From Dehalococcoidia bacterium (lineage in GTDB: Bacteria > Chloroflexota > Dehalococcoidia > UBA2979), in assembly GCA_963692775.1 (NCBI GenBank), contig OY839116.1, forward strand, positions 3,016,161 through 3,080,160: a DNA stretch of 64,000 nucleotides. The letters are read 5' to 3'. The notes under the pieces are model-generated. The model worked only from the letters and a program-made list of their open reading frames with translations, ran no database searches and was not told the origin of the DNA. Of the stretch, positions 10,098 through 19,977 are shown in pieces. The position numbers were made by a program, and so were the translations under genes. How positions within the stretch are numbered: position 1 is the first letter of the stretch; the number at the start of each line of letters is the position of its first letter.

Positions 10098-10185
10098 GGG
10101 GAGGCTCCTCCGGTTGCGCGTTCGCACGCCTCGTTGTTGCCGCTGCCTGGCGTCGCCGTGACCGCTCGCGCGGCCTCGGGCGGCG

Positions 10186-11730
10186 CTACAGCGGGATGTT
10201 CCCGTGCTTCTTCGCCAGCGGCGATTCGGCCTTGCTCCGCAGCATCCGCAACGCCGTCGCGATGCGGCGGCGCGTCTCGCGCGGGTCGATCACGTCGTCG
10301 ACGTAGCCCTTCGCGGCGGCGATGTAGGGATGCTCGAAGCGGGTCTGGTAGTCGGAGACGAGTTCGGCGCGGACGGCGTCCTCGTCCTCGGCGCCCTGCA
10401 GCTCGCGGCGGTTGATGATGTTGACCGCCTGGTGTCCGCCCATCACGGCGATCGCGCCGCCCGGCCAGACGAAGTTGACATCGGCCCCGAGGTGCTTCGA
10501 GCCCATCGCGACGTAGGCGCCGCCGAAGGCCTTGCGCGTGATCACGGTGATCTTCGGCACGCTCGCCTCGGCGTAGGCGTAGAGCAGCTTCGCGCCGTGC
10601 GAGATGATGCCGCCGTACTCCTGCGAGACGCCCGGCAGGTAGCCGGGCACGTCGACCAGCGTGATGATCGGGATGTTGAAGGCGTCGCAGATGCGCACGA
10701 AGCGCGCCGCCTTGCGCGAGGAGTCGATGTCCAGCACGCCGCCGAGGTACATCGGCTGGTTCGCGACCACGCCGACGCTGCTGCCGCCGATCCGCCCGAA
10801 GCCGACGACGAGGTTCTGCGCGAAGTACTCGTGCACCTCCATGAACTCGCCGTTGTCGACGAGCCGCTCGATCAGGTCGCGCACGTCGTAGGGCAGCGCG
10901 TCGTCGTCCGGGACGACGCTCAGGATGTCGTCGAGCAGGCGGTTGGGGTCGTCGCCTTGGTCGAGCGCCGGGGGGTTCTCGACGTTGTTGGCGGGGAGGA
11001 AGGAGAGCAGGCGGCGCACCTCGTCGAGGCAGGTCTGCTCGTCGGCGTAGGCGAAGTGGGCGACGCCGGATTTGGCGGCGTGCGACATCGCGCCGCCGAG
11101 CTCCTCGAAGGTGGTCTGCTCGCCGGTGACGCTCTGGATGACGTCGGGGCCGGTGATGTACATCTGCGAGGTGCCCTCGACCATGAAGACGAAGTCGGTG
11201 ATCGCTGGCGAGTAGACGGCGCCGCCGGCGCAGGGGCCCATGATCACGCTGATCTGCGGGATCACGCCGGAGCCGCGCACGTTGCGGTAGAAGATGTCGC
11301 CGTAGCCGGCGAGCGAGGCGACGCCCTCCTGGATGCGCGCGCCGCCCGAGTCGTTGAGGCCGATCATCGGGACACCGGTCTTGATGGCGAGGTCCATCGC
11401 CTTGCTCATCTTCTCGCCGACCACGGTGGAGAGCGATCCGCCGTAGACCGTGAAGTCCTGCGCGAAGAGGCAGACGTAGCGGCCGTCGATCTGGCCCCAG
11501 CCGGTGACGACGGCGTCACCGTAGAAGCGCTCGCCCGTCCCGTTCTCGCTCCAGTCGAACCCGAGGGTGTCGAGTTCCTCGAAGCTGCCGGGGTCGATGA
11601 GCGCGTCGATCCGTTCGCGCGCGGTGAGCTTGTCGCGGGCGTGCTGCGCGTCGATGCGGTCCTGCCCGCCCCCGAGGGCGGCGCTGGACTTCATCTCCGC
11701 GAGCTGGTCGAGGTGCTGTTCGTGGCTCAT
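10186..11730 (-). CDS. acyl-CoA carboxylase carboxyltransferase beta subunit (PccB/AccD5-like)
   Basis: Full-length match to the propionyl-/methylmalonyl-CoA carboxyltransferase family ([17 protein letters not shown]). Start refined to [15 protein letters not shown]. Confidence 0.85.
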   Translation of the reverse strand: MSHEQHLDQLAEMKSSAALGGGQDRIDAQHARDKLTARERIDALIDPGSFEELDTLGFDWSENGTGERFYGDAVVTGWGQIDGRYVCLFAQDFTVYGGSLSTVVGEKMSKAMDLAIKTGVPMIGLNDSGGARIQEGVASLAGYGDIFYRNVRGSGVIPQISVIMGPCAGGAVYSPAITDFVFMVEGTSQMYITGPDVIQSVTGEQTTFEELGGAMSHAAKSGVAHFAYADEQTCLDEVRRLLSFLPANNVENPPALDQGDDPNRLLDDILSVVPDDDALPYDVRDLIERLVDNGEFMEVHEYFAQNLVVGFGRIGGSSVGVVANQPMYLGGVLDIDSSRKAARFVRICDAFNIPIITLVDVPGYLPGVSQEYGGIISHGAKLLYAYAEASVPKITVITRKAFGGAYVAMGSKHLGADVNFVWPGGAIAVMGGHQAVNIINRRELQGAEDEDAVRAELVSDYQTRFEHPYIAAAKGYVDDVIDPRETRRRIATALRMLRSKAESPLAKKHGNIPL

Positions 11731-11848
11731 GGCCGCTTGAAGATACCCTCCGGGGCGCGTGCTGACGCCGGGCGGCGCGCCGCCCGGCTCTCGATTCGTA
11801 GTATCGGCTGCTTTGGCCCGCAGCGCCACTGCGCGGCGGGCGCCGGGG

Positions 11849-12694
11849 CTACTCGCTCGAGCCGGGGATGTTCAGCACCTGCCCGATCAGCAGGTTGCCG
11901 AGCTCCTCGACGGTCATGTCGTTGGCCCCCGCCAGCGCCTCCAGCGTCACGCCGAACGCCTCCGCGATCCCGGTGGCGGTGTCGCCGTCGGTGACGGTGT
12001 AGGTGGCCGGGCCGCCGCCGCTCTCGCTCGTCGCCTCGGGTGTGGGCGTGGGCGTGGGCGTGGGCTGCGGCGCCGGGGCCGCAGCCGGGATGTCCAGCAC
12101 CTGGCCGATGAAGACCAGCGAGGCGTCCTCGATGCCGTTCGCCTCCATGATCGCCTCGATGGCGACGCCGTACTGATCGGCGATGCCGGTGAGCGTGTCG
12201 CCCTCCACGACGGTGTGCGTGCGCCCGCCAGTGTCCGAGCCGCCACTGCTTGCCGCAGCGGCGGGGATGGTCAGCTCCTGGCCGACGAAGATCAGCGAGG
12301 CGTCCTCGATGCCGTTCGCCTCCATGATCGCCTCGAGGGTCACCCCGTACTCATCGGCGATCGCGGAGAGCGTGTCGCCCTCCACCACGACGTGGGTGCG
12401 ATCGGCCGTTGCCGCCGGGGTGGCGGCGGGGGTTGCTGCTCCGCTGCCGCTTCCCGTCGTGGCGGTTGCCGTTGCCGCCGGCGTCGCCTCGTCGCTCACG
12501 ATGGTGGGCGTGGGGCGGGTCGCGAACGGCGTCGCGGTCGGGATCAGGTCGCCGCTCTTCGCCGTGGGTTGTGCGGTCGGGGTCTCCGTCGCGGCGTCGA
12601 CGGCGTCCTCGTCGCCGCCGCCACAGGCGGCGAGCAGGATCGCGCCGGTCAGAAGGACGCCGAGGGCCGTGACCGGGGAAGTGATCAGACGCAT
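11849..12694 (-). CDS. lipoprotein with three LysM domains
   Basis: Signal peptide and LLAAC lipobox. Three repeats of the form HVVEGDTLSAIAD...IEAIMEANGI. Confidence 0.8.
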   Translation of the reverse strand: MRLITSPVTALGVLLTGAILLAACGGGDEDAVDAATETPTAQPTAKSGDLIPTATPFATRPTPTIVSDEATPAATATATTGSGSGAATPAATPAATADRTHVVVEGDTLSAIADEYGVTLEAIMEANGIEDASLIFVGQELTIPAAAASSGGSDTGGRTHTVVEGDTLTGIADQYGVAIEAIMEANGIEDASLVFIGQVLDIPAAAPAPQPTPTPTPTPEATSESGGGPATYTVTDGDTATGIAEAFGVTLEALAGANDMTVEELGNLLIGQVLNIPGSSE

Positions 12695-12772
12695 ACGCAG
12701 GCAACCTGTCTCCCCGCCATATGTATCGTACGTCAGCGCGGGCCGCGCGACAAGCGCTGACCCGCCCTGCTA

Positions 12773-14128
12773 CTACTGCAGCCGCTCCGCCACCAGCCGC
12801 TCCAGCAGGGCGATCGAGACATCGAGCAGCACCGCGAGGGCCTCGACGGAGACGGTGTCGATGGTGTCCCGTGGCGTGTGGAGGTACTCGGCGCCCCCGC
12901 TGTGCACGGTGATGGCGGGCACGCCGGCCTCGGCGAAGCTTGCGTGGTCCGAGGATGCGTTCCGCGGGAACGAGCCGCGAGGGATGTCGTAGCCCAGCTC
13001 GCCGGCGACCGCGGCGGCCAGATCGGCGAGCGCCACGTCGCCGGCGATGAAGCGTGGTCCGTCGCCCGTGCGCTGCCCGATCCGCGCGACCATGTCGAAG
13101 TTGAGCATGAAGGCCGCCCCCCGGACGTCATGCCGTTCGACGAAGGCCCGCGATCCGAACAGCCCGACCTCCTCCGCGCCGAAGGCGATGAAGCACAGAC
13201 CGTCGCCGATCTCCCCGGCCCGTACGGTGCGCGCGAGCTCGATCAGCAGGGCGGTTCCGGAGGCGTTGTCGTTGGCGCCCGGACTCTCCGGCACGGAGTC
13301 GTAGTGCGCGCCGAGGTAGGCGCGGCATTCGCCGTCCCCGGGGCGCGCGACAACGTTCTGCGACGTGCGGACGTCCGACCCGATGTTGCTCCGGACGGTG
13401 ACGTCCGCGCCGTCCTCGGCGAGGACGCGCAGCGGCGATCCGAGGCGGCCCGCGACGCCGATCACCGGGATCGCGACCCCGGCGCCGCGGCCGAGCGTGC
13501 CGTAGAGCTCGCCGGGCTCGTTGTTGACGACGATCACGGCGGACGCGCCCGCCTCCTCGGCGTTGACGGCCTTGAGCGCGAAGGTCAGCACGCCCCTGTC
13601 GAGCAGCACGATCGCTCCCTCGAGGTCGACGCCCTCGAAGTCGGCGAACTCGCCGAGGCCGGCGAAGACCAGCCGGCCGCTGGCCTCGCCGCTCGGGCTC
13701 TCGGCAAGCGGGAAGGCGCGAATCGGTCCGCCTTCACCCTCGACCTCGATCGTGGCCTCGTTGATCCGGATCCGCGCCTCGAACTCCTCGATTGCGACGC
13801 CGTAGCCGGCGGCCTCGAACTGCGCGGCGACGTACGCCGCCGCGTCGCGCTCGGCGCCGGTCCCCGCGAAGCGCTCGCCGATCTCGACGGACAGCACGCG
13901 CAGGTGCGCAAAGGCGCGTTCCGCACTGTGCATGACTTCCGGCGCCGGGGTCGCGGACGCCCCGGACGTCGCGAACGCCTCGGGCGTCGCGGGCGGCGCG
14001 GTCGCCGTCGGCGTTGCCTCGCTGGTCGCCGGTTCGCCGTCCCCGTCAGCGCAGGCGACAAGCAGCACCGACGCGAGCGCGACGCCCGCGACGAGCGCCC
14101 GGGCGCAGACGCCGATTGTCATTGACAC
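12773..14128 (-). CDS. M28-family aminopeptidase with PA domain (lipoprotein)
   Basis: LLVAC lipobox. Zn-binding segments HYDSV...DNASG...AEEVGLFGS...HTPRD. Confidence 0.8.
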   Translation of the reverse strand: MSMTIGVCARALVAGVALASVLLVACADGDGEPATSEATPTATAPPATPEAFATSGASATPAPEVMHSAERAFAHLRVLSVEIGERFAGTGAERDAAAYVAAQFEAAGYGVAIEEFEARIRINEATIEVEGEGGPIRAFPLAESPSGEASGRLVFAGLGEFADFEGVDLEGAIVLLDRGVLTFALKAVNAEEAGASAVIVVNNEPGELYGTLGRGAGVAIPVIGVAGRLGSPLRVLAEDGADVTVRSNIGSDVRTSQNVVARPGDGECRAYLGAHYDSVPESPGANDNASGTALLIELARTVRAGEIGDGLCFIAFGAEEVGLFGSRAFVERHDVRGAAFMLNFDMVARIGQRTGDGPRFIAGDVALADLAAAVAGELGYDIPRGSFPRNASSDHASFAEAGVPAITVHSGGAEYLHTPRDTIDTVSVEALAVLLDVSIALLERLVAERLQ

Positions 14129-14168
14129 GCCACGGGGCGGTCGTGGGGCAGGGGCCGATCGGGGGGCG

Positions 14169-14597
14169 TCAGCGGCGCGATCGATTGCTGAACCAGCGCC
14201 GGATGCGCTGCGCGAGGCCGTCGCGGTTGTAGGAGATCGTGCGCCCTCGCCACTGCTGCGTGCGCGCCCGCCCGCTCCCGCCGCCGAAGATCATCAGCGC
14301 CAGCGAGGCGACGAGCAGCACGATGCCGGCGATCATCAGCCAGGCGCCCAGTGGACCGAGGCCGCGGATCAGGAAGGCCCCGAGGATCAGCAGGAAGCTC
14401 AACAGCACCAGCTGGGAGAGCGAGATCCTCGAGAGCTCCTGCACGACGGTGCGCTGCCAGGCCGAGACGCCATCGCCGATGCGGCGCAGCGACCGCTGGA
14501 GCCCGCTGGCGCGCCGCCGCCTCGGGGCGGGCAACTCCTCGATCTTGTCGAGGATCTCCTGGATTTCGCGTTCGAGGCGGTCCGGTTCGTCCGGCAT
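14169..14597 (-). CDS. small membrane protein (2 TM)
   Basis: Charged N-terminus followed by two hydrophobic helices. Weak RBS. Confidence 0.45.
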   Translation of the reverse strand: MPDEPDRLEREIQEILDKIEELPAPRRRRASGLQRSLRRIGDGVSAWQRTVVQELSRISLSQLVLLSFLLILGAFLIRGLGPLGAWLMIAGIVLLVASLALMIFGGGSGRARTQQWRGRTISYNRDGLAQRIRRWFSNRSRR

Positions 14598-14784
14598 GTG
14601 GGCTGCTCCGTCCAGTCGCCTCCGTCCCGCCGGTCATTGTAGCGTGCGACGCCGTAGCGGCGGAGCGCTTGACCATGCGGCAAGGGCGGGGCTAGCGTGA
14701 TCAGTCGCGCGCGGCGCCGCGATTCGCGGGGCGCGCTCCGCTCGATACGGCCTCGACGCCGGAGACGATCAGGGAGCCAGGCGA

Positions 14785-15459
14785 ATGCCGGAACGCTACT
14801 CGGTCACGCCCCGCACCGTGCTGGGGAAGCGCTCGAAGCGGCTGCGGCGCGCTGGCGTCCTGCCCGGCAACATCTATGGCCGCGGCCTCGATTCCGTCGC
14901 GGTGCAGCTGCCGCGCCGCGAGGCCGAGACACTGCTCTCGGAGCATGGCCTGAACTCGCTGATCGAGCTGTCCGTGGAAGGCGAGTCCGGCGAGCGGCCG
15001 GTGATCGTGCGGCAGGTGCAGCGTCATCCGCTCTCGCGTGAAGTCCTGCACCTCGACTTCTACCAGGTGGATCTGGCGCGCCCGATCCAGGCGAACGTGC
15101 CCGTCACGCTCGTCGGGGAGGCGCCCGCCGTCCACACCTACCAGGGCATCCTCATCACCGGCCTCGACCACGTGCTCGTCGAGGCGCTGCCCGCCGACAT
15201 CCCATCGCACATCGAACTCTCCGTCGACTCCCTCGAGGAGCTCGACGTGCAGCTCACGGTCGCCGACCTCGTCGCTGCCGAGGGCGTGCGGATCATGAGC
15301 GAGCCGGAGATCATGCTCGCCCGCATCGCGCGCCCCCGCGTCGTCGCGGAGGACGAGGAAGAGGACGAGCTGCTCGAGGGCGAGGAAGGCGAGCTGGAGG
15401 AAGGCGCCGAGGGCGAGGAGGCTCCTGCCGCCGGGGACGGCGGGCAGGCCTCGGAATAG
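14785..15459 (+). CDS. rplY: 50S ribosomal protein L25 / general stress protein Ctc
   Basis: N-terminal TPRTVLGKRSKRLRRAGVLPGNIYG and an acidic C-terminal tail. Confidence 0.9.
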   Translation: MPERYSVTPRTVLGKRSKRLRRAGVLPGNIYGRGLDSVAVQLPRREAETLLSEHGLNSLIELSVEGESGERPVIVRQVQRHPLSREVLHLDFYQVDLARPIQANVPVTLVGEAPAVHTYQGILITGLDHVLVEALPADIPSHIELSVDSLEELDVQLTVADLVAAEGVRIMSEPEIMLARIARPRVVAEDEEEDELLEGEEGELEEGAEGEEAPAAGDGGQASE

Positions 15460-15529
15460 TCCGGCTCTCCTGCACGCTCCTCACGCCGTCCTCGCCAACG
15501 AATGCGCTTTCCCGAAGCAAGGTGGCGTC

Positions 15530-15763
15530 ATGCTTGAGTCGAGGATCACTTCGAGGGGGCGGACGACATTGCCCAAGGCTGTGCGTGAAGCGCTCTCGCT
15601 ACAGCCCGGCGATCGGGTGCGCTGCATCGTTGAGAGCGGCGCTGTGCGAATCGTTCCGGTGAGGCCCCTGAGTCGCCTGTTCGGAGTTCTCCAGCACGAC
15701 GGCCCGGCCGTGACCCTGGATGAGATGGACCGCGCAATCGCCGAGGGTGCGGGCGGACCCTGA
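15530..15763 (+). CDS. AbrB/MazE/SpoVT-type DNA-binding protein (antitoxin-like), orphan
   Basis: RGRTTLPKAVREALSLQPGDRV swapped-hairpin motif. No toxin gene is adjacent. Confidence 0.6.
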   Translation: MLESRITSRGRTTLPKAVREALSLQPGDRVRCIVESGAVRIVPVRPLSRLFGVLQHDGPAVTLDEMDRAIAEGAGGP

Positions 15764-15802
15764 ACGCCTGCGGCGTGAGGCGGTCCCAGCGCCTCGTACC
15801 CC

Positions 15803-16870
15803 TCAGCGCGCGGATGCCGACAGGTGGTCCGTGCGCAGTTGGCCGCAGGCGGCGGCGATCTCCATGCCGCGCTCGATGCGCACCGTGGCGTTGACGCCCG
15901 CTGCCTGCAGCTCGCGCTGGAAGGCGCGCACCCGGCGCAGCGAGGGGCGGCGCAGGCCCTCGCCCGCCGTCGGGTTGTACGGGATCAGGTTGACGTGGCA
16001 GCGCATGCCGCGGATGCGGTCGGCCAGGCGGCGCGCCTGCTCCGGCTCGTCGTTGAGGCGCTCGAGCAGGGCGTAGGCGTAGGTCACGCGGCGGCCGGTG
16101 CGCTCGACGTAGTCGTTCGAGGCCTCGACCAGCTCGTCGAGGGTGACGCCGCCCGCTGTGGGGATGAGTTGACGGCGCAGCTCGTCGTCCGGCGCGTGCA
16201 GCGAGACGGTGAGGCCGATCTGCAGGCGCTCGCCCGCCAGCCTTCGGATCGCGCCGGGCAGGCCCACCGTCGAGATCGTGACGCCTCGGGCGCGCAGGTC
16301 GAGGCCGTCGCGATCGATCAGCCAGCGCACGGCGGCGAGCGTGGGATCGTAGTTGGCGAGCGGCTCGCCCATGCCCATGAAGACCACGTTGGAGACCGGG
16401 CGCTGGCGCTGGAAGTGCAGCACCTGCGCGAGGATCTCGCCAGCCGTCAGGTTGCGCGTGAAGCCCTGCTGCCCGGTCGCGCAGAAGACGCAGGCCATCG
16501 CGCACCCTGCCTGCGTCGAGACGCAGACGGTGCTGCGGGCGCGCGACCCCTGCGCGTGCTCCGGGCGGTCCGGGTCGTAGTCCATGCGCACCGCCTCGAT
16601 GGCGGCCCCGCCGCCGAGGTCGAGCAGCACCTTCGAGGTCGCCCCGTCGTCGGCGCGCGTCTCCGCGAGCACGGGCGGCGGCGCGAGCGCCCACTCCCCG
16701 GCGAGCCGGGGGCGCAAAGCGGCGGGCAGGTCCGTCATCTCCTCGAACGAGGTCGCGCAGCGCCGCAGCGCCCAACGCGCGACCTGCCGCGCGCGGTACG
16801 CCGGCTCGCCCCATTCGGCGAGTCGCGCCTCGAGGTCGGCGAGCGAGTGGTCGAGCAGGTGCGGCGGCAT
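15803..16870 (-). CDS. rlmN: 23S rRNA (adenine2503-C2)-methyltransferase, radical SAM
   Basis: CAMACVFCATG radical-SAM cysteine motif. Full-length RlmN-like. Confidence 0.9.
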   Translation of the reverse strand: MPPHLLDHSLADLEARLAEWGEPAYRARQVARWALRRCATSFEEMTDLPAALRPRLAGEWALAPPPVLAETRADDGATSKVLLDLGGGAAIEAVRMDYDPDRPEHAQGSRARSTVCVSTQAGCAMACVFCATGQQGFTRNLTAGEILAQVLHFQRQRPVSNVVFMGMGEPLANYDPTLAAVRWLIDRDGLDLRARGVTISTVGLPGAIRRLAGERLQIGLTVSLHAPDDELRRQLIPTAGGVTLDELVEASNDYVERTGRRVTYAYALLERLNDEPEQARRLADRIRGMRCHVNLIPYNPTAGEGLRRPSLRRVRAFQRELQAAGVNATVRIERGMEIAAACGQLRTDHLSASAR

Positions 16871-16892
16871 CGGCGGCGTCTCCGTCGGCCCG

Positions 16893-17858
16893 TTACTCGC
16901 CGAGGCGCGTGCCGACGAGCGCGCGGTCCCCGTTGAGGTAGTCCTCGATGTCCAGCGCGCGCCGGCCCTCGCGCTGCACGCGCAGCAGCGCGAGCGACCC
17001 GCTGCCGCAGGCGACGGTTGCGAGGGCGCGGCGGCCCGGCAGCAACTCGCCGAGCGCCTTACCGTCCCCCGCGAGCACGCAGCCGGGCTCGGCCTCGATC
17101 GTGGCGGCGAGGGGCCAGGCGGCGTGGATCGTCAGTCGCTCGCCGTCGCGCAGGGTGGTGGCGCGCGGCCACGGCGCGTAGGCGCGCACGGCGCGCGCGA
17201 TCTCCTCGGCGGAGCGGGTCCAGTCGATGACGCCAGCGTCCTTCTCGATGCGTCCGGCGTACGTGGCGAGCGCCTCCTCCTGCGGGAGGGCCTCGACGCT
17301 GCCCTCGACCCAGCCGGGCAGCAGCTCCATCAGCCGCTCCGCGCCCAGCTCGGCGATGCGCGCGGTCAGCGTCCCGGTCGTGTCGAGGGGCTCGATTGGC
17401 GTCGCGACCGTGCCGAGCACCGGCCCGGCGTCCAGCTCGCGCACGATCAGCATCACCGAGGCGCCGCTCGCCTCGTCGCCCGCGAGGATCGCGGCGGCGA
17501 CGGGCGAGGCGCCGCGGTGGCGCGGCAGCAGCGAGGCGTGGACGTTGAGGATGCCGTGCGGGATCGCCTCGATCAGGTGCGAGGACAGGATGTGCGCCGA
17601 GGCCGCGAGCACGCCCACGTCCGGCTTGAGGGCGGCGATCCGCTCGGTCGTCTCGCGGCGGATGCGCTCGGGCGTGAGCACGGGCGCGCCCGCCTCGCGG
17701 GCGAGCCGGGCGACGGGCGTGGGGACGCCGCGGCCGGAACGCCCTCGCGGCCGGTCGGGCTGCGTGACGACCGCCGCGAGGTCGACGGCGGGCGACGCGA
17801 TCAGCCGCCGCAGGGTGGGCAGGGCGTAGTCGGGAGAGCCGAAGAAGACGACGCGCAC
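16893..17858 (-). CDS. fmt: methionyl-tRNA formyltransferase
   Basis: MRVVFFGSPDYALPTLRRL...HASLLPRHRGASP. Confidence 0.9.
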   Translation of the reverse strand: MRVVFFGSPDYALPTLRRLIASPAVDLAAVVTQPDRPRGRSGRGVPTPVARLAREAGAPVLTPERIRRETTERIAALKPDVGVLAASAHILSSHLIEAIPHGILNVHASLLPRHRGASPVAAAILAGDEASGASVMLIVRELDAGPVLGTVATPIEPLDTTGTLTARIAELGAERLMELLPGWVEGSVEALPQEEALATYAGRIEKDAGVIDWTRSAEEIARAVRAYAPWPRATTLRDGERLTIHAAWPLAATIEAEPGCVLAGDGKALGELLPGRRALATVACGSGSLALLRVQREGRRALDIEDYLNGDRALVGTRLGE

Positions 17859-17908
17859 GGCCTCGATGGTAGCAGGCGTCCGTCCCGCCGCCTCCGGGGC
17901 GGCGGATC

Positions 17909-18133
17909 TCAGGAGGTGGTGACGCTCCAGAGGGAGAAGCCGATGAAGACGACGATCAGCAGGATCGTCAGGCGGTGCAGGGAGCGCTGGATGCCCCGGC
18001 GGGTGCGGAAGCTCTGATCGGCCCCGCCGAGCGCCGCGCCGAAGCCGGTCCCCTTGACCTGCATCAGCACGACCACGATCAGCGTGACCGAGACGAGGAT
18101 CTGCGCGATGTGGAGGAAGTCGGTGAGTTGCAT
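17909..18133 (-). CDS. secG: preprotein translocase subunit SecG
   Basis: 74-aa protein MQLTDFLHIAQILVSVTLIVVVLMQVKGTGFG... at the 3' end of the long listed ORF. The upstream Arg-rich part is an artefact. Confidence 0.8.
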   Translation of the reverse strand: MQLTDFLHIAQILVSVTLIVVVLMQVKGTGFGAALGGADQSFRTRRGIQRSLHRLTILLIVVFIGFSLWSVTTS

Positions 18134-18195
18134 GACGGGATCGAGGCTAGCCCGCGCCCGCCGTTGCGGGCAAGCGCGCGGCGCTGGCAGCGGCG

Positions 18196-19524
18196 CTACG
18201 AGTCCGCTTGGACGGGGAGCGCCGCCGCGCCCTGCTGCACGCGCAGGTCGCGCTCGTAGTACTGGCGCATCACGGCGGCGGCCAGCCGTTCCGAGTCGTG
18301 CCGGTAGCGCAGCTCGCGGTCGACGAGGTCGGCGAGCACGAGGCGCGCCCCGGCGTAGTCGGCGTCGCCCGGCGCGGGCACGGGCTGCGATCGCCACTCG
18401 GCGGGGAACGGCTCGGCGGGCAGGTTGCTGTTCGCGAGGACGACGTGCGCGACGTCGTCGCGTCCCAGGTGGCGGCGGATCGCGGCGTAGTGAGCGGCGG
18501 CGTCGTAGCCCTCGGTCTCCCCCTGCTGGGTGGCGACGTTCGAGACGTAGACGCGGTGCGCGCGCGATTGCAGCAACGCCTCGCCGAGGCCGGAGACCAG
18601 CAGGTTCGGCAGCACCGAGGTGTAGAGCGAGCCGGGCCCGATCACGATCAGGTCCGCCTCGAGCAGCGCCGCCGCCGCCTCGGCGTTGGCCTGCACGTTC
18701 GCCGGCTCGACGAAGACCTGCTCGACGGCCGACCCGCCCTCCGCCAGCACGGACTCGCCGCGCACGGTCGAGCCGTCGGCGAGGCGGGCGGCGAGGGTGA
18801 TGTCGGCGAGCGTGGAGGGGAGGATGCGGCCGCGCACCGCGAGGACGCGCGAGGTCTCGCGGATCGCCTCCTCCATGTTCCCGGTCACGTCGGACATGGC
18901 GACGATGAAGAGGTTGCCGAACGAGTGACCGGCGATGCCCTCGCCGGCGTCGTCGCCGAAGCGGTACTGGAAGAGGCGCGTGACCAGCGGCTCGGCGTCG
19001 GCGAGAGCGGCGATGCAGTTGCGGATGTCGCCCGGCGGGATCACGTTGAGGTCGCGCCGCAGCCGCCCGCTGGAGCCGCCGTCGTCGGCGACGGTGACGA
19101 TGGCGGTGAGGTTCGCGTTGTAGCCCTTGAGCCCGCGCAGCAGCGTCGAGAGCCCGGTGCCGCCGCCGATCGCGACGATGCGCGGCCCCCGGCCCTGCGT
19201 GCGCTGCGCCCAGATGCGGTCGATCAACTCGTCCTGGCGCTCGATCGGGACCACGGCGCTGACGATCGACTGGTTGAGCCTCCAGGCGCCGATCACGGTG
19301 GCGCCTGTGGCGACGCCGATGAAGAGCACGCCGCGCACCCAGCGCGGCAGGAACTGCAGCGTCGCGTCGCCGACCCAGGCGGGGAAGGTGTAGGAGAAGT
19401 AGGCCTCGCGCAGCAGGTAGCCGATGCCGAGGCCCATCAGCACGACGCCGATGAGGATGAGGAGCAGCCAGCGCTTGATGTGCAGGCCGAGGTACAGCCA
19501 CTTGGCGAGGGTCGTGCGGCTCAC
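18196..19524 (-). CDS. YvcK/UPF0052 (CofD-like) gluconeogenesis-factor family protein with an N-terminal TM extension
   Basis: IVAIGGGTGLSTLLRGLK...VTVADDGGSSGRLR motifs. The listed 1228-aa ORF is trimmed to the GTG at 19522-19524 (VSRTTLAKW), so the start is uncertain. Confidence 0.7.
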   Translation of the reverse strand: MSRTTLAKWLYLGLHIKRWLLLILIGVVLMGLGIGYLLREAYFSYTFPAWVGDATLQFLPRWVRGVLFIGVATGATVIGAWRLNQSIVSAVVPIERQDELIDRIWAQRTQGRGPRIVAIGGGTGLSTLLRGLKGYNANLTAIVTVADDGGSSGRLRRDLNVIPPGDIRNCIAALADAEPLVTRLFQYRFGDDAGEGIAGHSFGNLFIVAMSDVTGNMEEAIRETSRVLAVRGRILPSTLADITLAARLADGSTVRGESVLAEGGSAVEQVFVEPANVQANAEAAAALLEADLIVIGPGSLYTSVLPNLLVSGLGEALLQSRAHRVYVSNVATQQGETEGYDAAAHYAAIRRHLGRDDVAHVVLANSNLPAEPFPAEWRSQPVPAPGDADYAGARLVLADLVDRELRYRHDSERLAAAVMRQYYERDLRVQQGAAALPVQADS

Positions 19525-19707
19525 GGACGCTCTTCCGTCTTTGATCGAGCCCACCCCCGTGGACACGATCGTGACCCGACAACCCCGCGAGGTCAAGCCG
19601 TACCGCGATCGCTTCACAGGCCGCCCCCGCGCGCTGTATCGTCGGGCGGCGATGCCGAAGCGGCTCAGGGCGGCTATCCTGAGGCTGCGATCAGGGAGGG
19701 ACAGGCC

Positions 19708-19869
19708 ATGGATTGCCTCGTATGCGGCGCAGCCGTCTCCGATGACGACCAGCAGAACTACCGCTGGTTCCACAGCGACGGCAACTGGTACCGCTTCGAA
19801 GACATCGGTTGCCGCAACAAGTTCATCGGCAACCCCGACAAGTACCTCAACCCCGAGGGCGACGCGTAG
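19708..19869 (+). CDS. small YHS-domain protein (53 aa)
   Basis: MDCLVCGAAV...YRFEDIGCRNKFIGNPDKYL fits the YHS/TRASH pattern. RBS GGGAGGGA before the ATG. Confidence 0.6.
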   Translation: MDCLVCGAAVSDDDQQNYRWFHSDGNWYRFEDIGCRNKFIGNPDKYLNPEGDA

Positions 19870-19977
19870 CGCCGACGCTCCGCTCATCCTCGGTACGGCG
19901 CGGCGCGGCAAGGAGCCGGGCCGCGTCGCCGCGTACCGCAGGCCGCGCCTGACGCGACCCCGGATCGAAGGCCGCGC

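Noticed and set aside
8845-10415. Overlapping 345-aa and 522-aa ORFs across icd
   Set aside because: These are alternative frames or the antisense strand of the well-supported icd gene, with Arg/Asp-rich low-complexity products.
17909-19582. 557-aa minus-strand ORF
   Set aside because: Only the last 74 codons are real (SecG). The upstream part is Arg-rich antisense noise overlapping yvcK.
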